The position numbers were made by a program, and so were the translations under genes. A stretch of 64,000 bases of DNA from Eledone cirrhosa (lineage: Eukaryota): positions 345,030,001 through 345,094,000 of the forward strand of contig OZ024743.1 in assembly GCA_964016885.1 (NCBI GenBank). The letters run 5' to 3'. Each line of letters starts with the position of its first letter. Position 1 is the first letter of the stretch. The notes under the pieces were generated by a model. That model was given only the letters and a program-made list of their open reading frames with translations. It was not told where the DNA came from and did not search any database. Shown here piece after piece: positions 53,241 through 64,000 of this stretch.

Positions 53241-54084
53241 CTGAAGAAGAAATATTAAAATTGGATAGAAATTCAGGAAAGTTAATGACAATATACGAAG
53301 CGTTACACTCAAAAGGAAACATTAATAGTCTATTCACGAAGAGAAAGAATGGCGATAGAGCCTTCACCAATGTTGATATTATATAACGTGTGAAAGGAAA
53401 ACGCTTGAAGAATTTCTGGTAAACAATGAGGAAGAGTTGTTGTAATATGCAGCAGAAGATATGGGGATCATTGCAGTAGAAATGGTTGGAGAGGAATAGT
53501 TTAACGAAAGAGCTGAAGTGAAAAAAAAGATTATCTTCTAGGAATCAGAATGTATGGTCAATGGCTTAAGTAAGACAATTTGAAACGTGCCACCGAATTA
53601 CCTTTGCAGCGCAAGACCAAACACTTGCTATCCAATTCTGCAAAACGTCTGACACCCAGAAATGTTGGCTCAGTGGAAAGAATTTGGAAAATATAACCCA
53701 CTTGGTAAGTGTATTTGAGAGCCTTGCGCAAAAAGAATAAAAACACTGCCATGATGTAACTTCATTGATTTTTATGTCGTAAATACCAATATAAACATTC
53801 TGCATGTACAGAAAGAAATCACATGCATATGCACACATAGAACACAAAATATCCACATCCATACAACACACACAATAACAGTCCCGCACAATAACAGTCA
53901 TGCACGAATGCAGACATGCATACACATCTACCTAGTTGATGTCTAAATTCCAATGAAAGAGCCTTGTGTCTATATTAGAAACTGACTCTCTCTCTATTGG
54001 TAAAAATTTATAAAATTATGAAACCAAAAGAACGTATATTCATACATAGATACATAGATACATACATACATACATATAAACAGT

Positions 54085-54640
54085 CGTGGGATTGTCATCG
54101 ATGAGTTCGACCAGCACCCATTATCATGCCGCCTCATCGCCTGACCAATTCCCCCAACATGCCATTCTTAACCTCATAATGAGACGGAGCCTCCATGCAG
54201 CCGGCTTCCCTTCAAAACTGGAGCCAGGAGGCCGCGATCGTGGTGACGGCATGCGCCTCGGCGGAATTACCACCTTCCCTTTCGAAGGAGGTAAATCTCT
54301 CATCTGAGATGTGATATGCTGTGACACGTTTTCCTCCTCCAACTTAGTCGCCTCGGCCACAAACTCTAGTACGTCGGCTCGAAATGCAGATGATCTGAAG
54401 ACAAGCAAATGCCGGAGCTTATTCAGCTACTTCCACTTTGTAACGATCACCGTCGAGAACTCAGGCGTCGTCGGAACCCAGACAGCTAACCTCCTCCGTA
54501 AAATCAGATTGATAGCAGTGCGACTGAGGAAGGGGCCCCGTGGGGTGAGTTGCTGTTGCAGAGTGCTCTCGCACGCCATTGTTCGCGGAAATGCGTTTGC
54601 AATTTTGTCCGTTGGGCACAACCAAAAAGACAGCACTGTC
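54085..54640 (+). mobile_element. CRE-like non-LTR fragment (restriction-like endonuclease domain)
   Basis: HAILNLIMRRSL...LEPGGRDRGDGMRLGGIT..PF..GKSLI*DV.CCDT...K..K...F.TITVENSG matches the degenerate RPDG/WD RLE pattern. Confidence 0.65.
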
Positions 54641-55069
54641 GTAGTTGTAGAGTCTGTCACCCTCTTCCATTCCCCTAAGTAGTTCTTGCTCTTTCGCTTT
54701 TTTAACATACATAAATACATACACATATACATACATATAAACATACAGGCAGTTTAAGCAATCCAAAAGCACTTCAAATTAGTAGTGTATCCTTCACTGT
54801 TGGTGATTAGGTGTGACGGAGTTTTCATTTACGACATGTTAAGACAGGGTAAGTTTTACATGATTGATATATTGTATAATATATATTTCAATGACATAGT
54901 TATGCAAAGGTTATGTCATTGACAGTCTTCATGTGACATCATCAGATGCTCATACAATTATGAGGTGCAGTTATTCAAGTATGCAGATATGCCAGTGCAT
55001 AACCAAGTAATTGAAATATATATTATGCAAAAATACAATTATGTAAAAGCAACCCTGTCTTATCAACAT

Positions 55070-55144
<75 letters not shown>

Positions 55145-55287
55145 TAAATTATGCATCCCTCTATATATGTGTACAATAATTTATAAATATGCATGTGTAT
55201 ATATATATATATATACGCATATGATCTCACATACGTTTTAGTGCGTATGTCTCTCTCTCGTTCTCTCTCTCTCTCTCTCTTTCTCTG

Positions 55288-55439
<152 letters not shown>

Positions 55440-55896
55440 CATGTTTATATAGAAAGAGAGAGGAATAGATAGATATACATAATATACATGTATATGTATT
55501 GATATTTGGTCATGTCTCTGTGTATGTATATTTAAAAGTGTATGAACGTGTACATGGGTATTTGAATGTTTACGCGTGTGTGCCTGCATGTGTGTATGTA
55601 TCAATTCTGTTCTATAAGAGGTTCTAAGCAGACAGCACTATCTTCTCAACAATATAACTCTGACATTTAATGATTATCAAAACATAAGAAAGAAGCAATT
55701 GTTTTTAAAATACAATATAGTTTTTGTATGAGCATTGAATTTTATCAGCAACTTTGTCTCTTAAACTGATGTTAGCTGTGTGTTTCTTCTGACTATTACA
55801 TACGCACTTACAGATACATATATCCCTCGTACATATACATGCATACAGACTCGCATATGCTCATATTCATATAGAGAAACATTTAAGCGTAAGTAA

Positions 55897-55966
<70 letters not shown>

Positions 55967-55967
55967 A

Positions 55968-56013
<46 letters not shown>

Positions 56014-56097
56014 TATATATATATACATATATATATGCATATATATATATATATTTGCACATATATATATATATATATGCATATATATATATGTGTG

Positions 56098-56215
<118 letters not shown>

Positions 56216-56586
56216 TACATATATATATAAGGTAAATGAATATAAACAATTGTATAAAGGTATATATAAATACAGTGAGTGAATGCGTGTATGTGTATCA
56301 GAGTTTATGTGTATTTACTTGGTATGTAAAATACCATCCGTACGTATGTCTACATGCGCTAACACACACATCCAATGCACATATCTATAAACTGCCTTTT
56401 ATTCATAGCGAGAAAGATAAGATTTCCACAAACTTTTGTTCTCTTTTTTCTCTCCCTTTCTTTCATTATGACATTCTTCTCACTTCCGCTAAGCACAACA
56501 TATATTTACAGGTGGAAATGAATGTGTAGATACGTACATACTGATATATACTGATATATACAGTAACGTTTATGTATGTGTGTGTG

Positions 56587-56644
<58 letters not shown>

Positions 56645-56697
56645 TATATATATATATACATATGTATATACATATATATATATATATATATTCATAA

Positions 56698-56767
<70 letters not shown>

Positions 56768-57033
56768 CTATGAATAGTAATTAAATACATGTATAAATGA
56801 TAAACTTAAACATAAATAAATAATTATAGAGCCAAATATATAATAAATAAATAAAATAAAAACAGTTAAGTAGTCAAAGAGTAATGAATACTTTTAAATA
56901 GCACAATGTTGTGCTTTGTATATGTTTATTCCTCTATCCTTGCCTTTTTCTCTAATCCCACAGTCTCTGTCTATATACATATATATGTGTATATATACAT
57001 ACATAGTTATATGTGTGTTTGTGTATGTGCATT

Positions 57034-57071
<38 letters not shown>

Positions 57072-57220
57072 CGTGTGTGTGCGCGTGTGTGCGTGTGTGT
57101 GTGATATATATATATATGTATAAAAGGTAAACAGATATACCAAAATAAACGACACAGTACATTGAAGAAATATATTACTTTAACGCTTGAAACAACAATG
57201 TACACACACACACACACACA

Positions 57221-57294
<74 letters not shown>

Positions 57295-57902
57295 CATATA
57301 TATATATATATAAATATATCACAGAAAAAAAGACCATCAGTGTTGCGACGAATGGAATTTATTGGACATATTACAATCGTTTCTTATATATGTACATATA
57401 TATATATATATTCTTTTACTGGATTCCGTCTGTAGACTTTGGCCCAGCTGGGGCACCACCCTGATACCTTTATTCGACCATATATATTACAGTAGCTTTT
57501 CTTTAATTGTTCAAGTCTGGTAATTTTTGTTTGTCTTTCTTTGACGATCCACCAATCTTGAAACAAACTAACAGAGAGGCATGGGCATACACACACATAT
57601 ATATAGACACACGCATGCCATACGTAGGGCTTCTGCATTGTTTCCTTCTACCAAATTTCACTACAAAGTCATTGGCCAAGCTGCGACTATGATCGAAGTA
57701 TGAAGCCGAATTTGCTATGTATTTATAACTGAGGTATCCCTGCTTAATTACAAGGGCCGTAGATTATATATAGCAAATACATAACCAGTTATCCTGACTT
57801 CAAACCAACAAGACTAAATGAAAATGTCTTATATATATAAACATATTCTCTAAGGCCGACTTTATTTGAATATATAGCTTGTTCATGTTATTCTTAATTA
57901 AT

Positions 57903-58090
57903 TGTTTCTACTTTTAGCACAAGGCCAGCAAATACCCAGTACATTACTGGTACTTTATTTTATCGACCCCGTAAGGATGAAATGCAAAGTAGAACTCGGC
58001 GGGATTTCAACTCAGAATGGAAAGGGCCATAACTCTATGCGTCAAAGCATGGTCTCTGACCCTCTACCGATACTGCCAATTCACCGCCGC
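57903..58090 (-). mobile_element. SINE with a 17-bp TSD
   Basis: TGTTATTCTTAATTAAT at 57886-57902 and 58091-58107. Confidence 0.85.
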
Positions 58091-58303
58091 TGTTATTCTT
58101 AATTAATAGTAGCCAGTGAAGCTTGCTAGATATGTAAATAGAATTTTACCAAGAATAGTTTGCTTACAAAATCTATAAAAGTTTCACGTCGAATGAATTA
58201 TGTACGCATCTATGTATATATATATATATATGTATGTATTTATGTATGTATGTATCAATGCATATATGTATGTATGTATATATGTATATAAATTTCTACT
58301 AAA

Positions 58304-58347
<44 letters not shown>

Positions 58348-58456
58348 CGCTTAAATCTTGTCAAATTGAGTGAGTAATGAGAATAACGGTGTAATAGTAA
58401 ATATTTTCCGCTATAGTATTCTTTTACCTATAAACAATATATATATATATATATAT

Positions 58457-59964
58457 CTTTAGGTTTGTTGGTTCACCACTGGATAGAACTGGTCATTCGG
58501 TATGGTCAATCCTGGTGTAATATTGTGAAGAGTACTCAACGCCGTGCAGTTCACCCATCTTCGTTTGTGCAGTTGGTGGTGCGTATACGGAGTTAATTAT
58601 AAATAAAATAAAATAACAGGAGGCTGGACTGGTGTAAATCCTTGAAAGGTTTATTATACTATGATCATTTCAATGACCGGGTTCCATATGAATCCGGTGA
58701 TATCATCAGGTATTGGAATATAACAAAGGAATATGTAAAAAACCATGGGTCCGAAAAATCAGAGACAGAGACAGAAAGGACGACTGACCAACTAGCTGCC
58801 TTTATCTCGGCCTGTCACCCTCAAAGTGGTGGCAACTGAATCTACTAATGAACATCTGGTGAGGGGGCAAAGGCTTATAATGCACTACCACCTCTCCGTC
58901 TTGTGTGGTGGCTTTTCCCAGCTGCGCGCTGGGCACTTGGAAAGTTCAGCCTTCCTTGAGTGCTCGGAAAAATAAATTTCTCCTCTTTCGGTAAATGAAA
59001 TTACTCGGAGGCTTTACCCCGGTCCCACCGCGCCTCCTGTTTTGGCCACCATATTATACTTATACCTATAAACTCCAGGTTTAGGCATAACTATTAGCTG
59101 TATCATGCCTCTACTGGCACGTAAATAAACCCCTCATGTGTGATTTAATAATATTCGTTTGGTATAGACGATAGCCTGTCGAAATTGTGGAGTTCCCGCT
59201 AGCGCTCCCGGGCCTGAGTACTCGGAAAAATTAATTTCCATTTCTTTCGCTGGACGATACCACTCGAGACTGGCTGACTCATGGTGGTGGTGGTCAGAGG
59301 GGGGTGGGTGCTGGCTGGGGTCGCATTCGAAATCTTTACTCTATATCCCATCCTAATATCTTATCGAGATAAATGTTTTCATATAAGACTCTCTCCGTAA
59401 GTTCATTAAATAAATCTCACTACCTTAACCTTTAATTTTCTAATAACTTATTTTTCAATTTATCATTTTGCAATTTAATATTTTTAATTTAATTTCATCA
59501 TATAACGCGCAACATAAGTTTAACGTTCCAATCTTCGGTTCACACATTAGACCATACAGACACCCATTATAGATTCTTTGGAGTAGCATTTTTTCGCGGC
59601 ATTTTCTAGCATGACTGTAGTGTGACCCTTACGCTGACTTCTTTCTCCCTTTCTTTCTTTCTTCCCTTTTTTCTTTGACGGAGATGTGGTAGTGCATTAT
59701 AAGCCTTCGGCCCCTCACCAGAAGTTAGTAGATTCAGTTGCCACCACTTTGAGGGCGACTGGCCGAGATAAAGGCAGCTAGTTGGTCAGTCGCCCTCTTT
59801 GTTTCTGTCTCTGATTTTTCGGACCCATGGTTTTTTACATATTCCTTTGTTATATTCCAATACCTGATGATATCACCGGATTCATATGGAACCCGGTCAT
59901 TGAAATGATCATAGTATAATAAACCTTTCAAGGATTTACACCAGTCCAGCCTCTGTTATTTTAT

Positions 59965-59972
<8 letters not shown>
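58457..59972. mobile_element. Non-coding PLE-associated element with ~290-bp inverted repeats, in (TA)n
   Basis: ~58600-58893 is inverted at ~59685-59972; an HHR in each arm. Confidence 0.75.
59860..59917 (+). ncRNA. Type I hammerhead ribozyme, palindromic stem III; mirror copy at 58656-58713 (-)
   Basis: ATAC-CTGATGA-TATC-ACCGG..CCGGT-CATT-GAAA-TGATCA-TA-GTAT. Confidence 0.8.
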
Positions 59973-60020
<48 letters not shown>

Positions 60021-60313
60021 TTTAACACCTGTCTAGTGGGTCCGGGTATGATTTTACATTCATTTAAATTATTGACGTATTGTTTTATTGATATTTTTTA
60101 TCTGTTTGGCCCGAATCTTCCTTTATCGATTTTAAATCGTATGGTTGATTGTAGACTTGTTCTATATGTGACGGTATTTTAACGATAGTTATAGCTCTGA
60201 TTCATTTGAATTATTGAGCCCTCTGCCGCTCATATCGAATTTCGTTTATCGTGAACTCGTGCGCCGATTTTTCGATACTCGATCTTTCTAATATATATAT
60301 ATATATATATATA

Positions 60314-61130
60314 TGAAAAATATGGGGAGAAGAATACTGCATGGTTGCACATGGATAACATGTTATAAAATGAGTCTCTCATCAGTGATTTGCCAACGAT
60401 CATTGGTATTTCATTGCATTAAAAATCATATACCTCACGTTGGTGCAATAATAACTAAAATAAGTTATTAGGACAATTGAAACGCGTAAAGCGAGTGAGA
60501 CAAGTAAACAACACAGGGGAAAGCTAACCGAAGATAGAAAGAAACACAAGCTACATGGTTATTCTATCAGTATAAGCTGGTTGAATATATGAGCGAGTAA
60601 GAAATAGACCTTCCGCTAGTGAATCCGATGTAAGAAAGAAGGAAAATCGTTTTCGTAGCGAACGGGGGGAAGTGAGAAGGGGAGAAACAGTGACTGAGTG
60701 AGTGGAAGTGCGAGGAAGAGGTCAGTAGAGAGAAAGTGTTAACTGACATGACAGAGGGGACGAAAGAAAGTAAGAGAAACAGAGAGAACGAGGGAGCAGT
60801 AAGAGAGAAAGAGAGAAACACAGAATCGCAGTTTAGGTAAATATATGTGAAAAATCTGGGGAGAAGAATACTGCATGGTTGCACATGGATAACATGTTAT
60901 AAAATGAATCCCTCATCAGTGATTTGCCAACGATCATTGGTATTTCATTGCATTAAAAATCATATACCTCACGTTGGTGCAATAATAACTAAAATAAGTT
61001 ATTAGGACAATTAAAACGCGTAAAGCGAGTGAGACAAGTAAACAACACAGGGGAAAGCTAATCGAAGATAGAAAGAAACACAAGCTACATGGTTATTCTA
61101 TCAGTATAAGCTGGGTGAATATATGAGCGA

Positions 61131-61132
<2 letters not shown>
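60314..61132 (-). mobile_element. Diverged family X element, 1.5 tandem units of 534 bp, in (TA)n
   Basis: 60314-60598 is repeated at 60848-61132. Confidence 0.8.
60378..60443 (-). ncRNA. Candidate non-circularly permuted hammerhead ribozyme; second copy at 60912-60977 (-)
   Basis: CCAACG-TGA-GGTAT-A-TGATTT-TTAATGCAAT-GAA-ATACC-AAT-GA-T-CGTTGG-C-AAATCA-CTGATGA-G; compensatory changes relative to the 16210 and 19781 copies. Confidence 0.7.
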
Positions 61133-61222
<90 letters not shown>

Positions 61223-61423
61223 CTCTGTGTGTGTGCATACAGGATATCCGTAGACAAAATGTTTCATGTAGCGTTTAGTCGCTGAGAACAAGACTACCAA
61301 TGTTAATTTCTAGCTGGACTCTTACACGGTCTGTTATTACCCTACCCCCGTAGAACTAATAAACTGTACATGACCAAGACCCTTACTTATAACAAAACAC
61401 ATATAGCGAGACATATATGTTTG

Positions 61424-61602
61424 TTGGCAGTATCGGTAGAGGGTCGGACACCATACTTTCCAGCATAGTTACGTCCCTTTATGTTCTATGTTCAAATCCC
61501 GCCAATGTTAACTTTGCCTTTCATCCTTACGTGGTCGATAAAATAAAGTACCAGTAATGTACTGAGTAATTGCTGGCCTTGTGCCAAAAGTAGAAACAAT
61601 TA
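61424..61602 (+). mobile_element. SINE copy; decayed related pieces at ~62320-62560 (-)
   Basis: Matches the SINE consensus. Confidence 0.8.
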
Positions 61603-63096
61603 TACATAAACATATGGTATATGCCTTCATATTCTATTATGAACTAAGCTATACTAATTCTGCTGCTAATTAATACTTGCTAGTGAAGCTAGCACTATAT
61701 GAAAATGAAATTATCCCGCAGATGATTAGTATTCAAAATGTATATTAGCTATAGCTAGTTCTTCTCTCACTACCGAGTAAGTAAGCGTCACTGACAGTAG
61801 ATAAAGATATCTACTGTGGTCGCTGTTACATGATCAATGATTAGGACACTCATAGCGAGACTTTTATATGTTCATTATAAATAAACCACTCGTCTATGAC
61901 TGCATGTAAGTTCTATCATGAATCACCCTGTGTTAGTGCTTCTGTTAATAAATTGAATTTCTTGTTTAATCTCAGGCCATCTTTGATTGGACAAACCTAT
62001 AACCATCCCAACTTTTGTCCGGCAATGTAAGACTACATTCTCAAATATGTTCTCTCCTTACTCAAAAGATGTGATAATTGAGAACAGTTTAGCTATTGTT
62101 TTTTTGCAGGTGGCTTGTTATTGTCACTGTTTTTGTTGATCGGATAGAACTAAACCTTTCTTTCCGTCCCTATTCAGTTTATTTATTTTTTATTTTTCAT
62201 TCAGACTTAGTGTATCTTGGAACATATTATCCAATGTGTCCTTCAAGAATGTAAGACGGTTAGCTAATTGGCGGTGTCAAACCAAGCGAGGGATTAAGTC
62301 TAACATCCAAATAGACTACGGTAGGATTTGAACTCCAAATGCAAGAAGCTGGAACAAATACAGTAAAGTACCCCATCCGACGCTGATTGGTACATTAGAA
62401 GATGGAGCAGATACAGTAAAGTGCCCCAACCTCCCAGATCGGTACATTATTTATTGACCCCGGTAGCACGAATGGAAGAATTGACTTTTGTATGATTTTG
62501 AAGTCGGAAAGCAGTGTATCAAGACATTTCTTCCGTCGCTCTAACACTCCTGCTAAATCGTTGTTCTGATCCGCATGCTTAGGAAGTTTACAACTATGCG
62601 CATCCCATCTGTTGTTCTCATAGTAATTTATGCAAGAGTGTAATATAAAAGAGATTTGACAACTATTTCAAGAAGATCGAGCATTCACATTGATACTTCC
62701 CCGTCATTTATGAAGATGTAGGCACTGTTGTGGGTGTTGCTGTTATTTTTTGCTGGTGTTGGTGTTGTTGATGTCACTGCTGTTGTTACAATTGTTGCTC
62801 TTCCATTTACTCCTTATATCATATGTTATATGTGTTGTTATTGTTATTGTTATTTTTGTTGTTGCTCCATTTTCTCGTCCGTCAATATTCTAATGACTCC
62901 ATGAAAAACAACCGATTTCATTCACTATGTACAAATATACATATAAACCTTTACACACACAGGTACGCACACACTTATATTCATACCTGCACAGATATAC
63001 ATGCGTATATACAAATATACACACATACGTACGTACATACGTACACATATACATAAGTGTATACATACGTACACACACTCATACGCAATATGTATG

Positions 63097-63127
<31 letters not shown>

Positions 63128-63394
63128 TATATTTTTTATGCGAATTATTTACTTGTTTATTTAAATAATTACCAATACGTATCTTTTGTTGTGCTTTGCT
63201 TATTTGTATTTTTATTTTATAAGCATCATTCCGTAATCAATATCTTCCTTTTCTTTCTGTTCCGGCGTCCCATTTATACTCTTGCGCATACACAGATACA
63301 CACACAGACTCAGACACACACACCGCACAGACAAAGACACATAAAAGTTCATAATCCCATATACACACACGCACACACACACGTATATGTACGT

Positions 63395-63450
<56 letters not shown>

Positions 63451-63497
63451 ACGTACATATACGTGTGTGTGTGTGTGTATATGGGATTATGGACTTT

Positions 63498-63571
<74 letters not shown>

Positions 63572-64000
63572 TATAGGTATATATATATATATATATGTGT
63601 ATATATATATATATATATACATGCATACATATACACAAATATATTTATATGTATACACTCTCAGACACAAACACAGTCACGCGCACACACACACTCATAT
63701 ATATATATATATATATATAAAATAAACGATTAACTATATAAAGGAATGAGTATGTATGTATTCCTTCCCTCACATACACACATATATATATTCATATATA
63801 CATATGTGTGTGTGTGTGAGGGAAGGAATATATACATACACATTCCTTTATATTTAATCGTTTATCTTATTTGTTCCCGTATTTAAACTCCTCCTCCCCC
63901 ACCACCACTTGCTTTCTTTTACCCCCCCCCCCCCTTCTTCATGCTCCTTTTCTCTATATTCCTTTTCATTATTTAATCACCAGCATCAACACAGTCATCA

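Noticed and set aside
53610-53704. Possible plus-strand exon (TTTGCAG...CTTG|GTAAGT); a similar candidate on minus at ~8608-8718
   Set aside because: Splice-like signals alone are expected by chance in 64 kb, and the peptides are unrecognisable.
58642-59931. Duplicated 65-aa ORF pair as a gene duplication
   Set aside because: Antisense reading of the HHR-containing inverted repeat, with a non-ATG start and no motif.

Overview
AT-rich, microsatellite-dense eukaryotic intergenic or intronic DNA. The SINE and repeat content suggests an octopod cephalopod (inference). No host protein-coding gene can be supported. The window holds retroelements: L1/Tx1-type LINE pieces (an ORF1 running off the left edge and a stack of 3' ends in (TCTA)n), decayed RTE, R4/Dong-like and CRE-like LINEs, about 12 tRNA-derived SINEs, and a nearly intact Neptune-type Penelope-like element (PLE; RT plus GIY-YIG) with a candidate -1 frameshift site. 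Many small non-coding elements sit in (TA)n tracts and carry hammerhead ribozymes (HHRs), including a head-to-head array of 312-bp retrozyme-like monomers. The most striking signal is a motif present 8 times in 3-4 diverged subfamilies. It has all HHR catalytic-core nucleotides, but the strands are in a non-circularly permuted order, a canonical kink-turn sits in stem III, and base pairs covary between copies. All structures were folded by eye; nothing was computed or searched.
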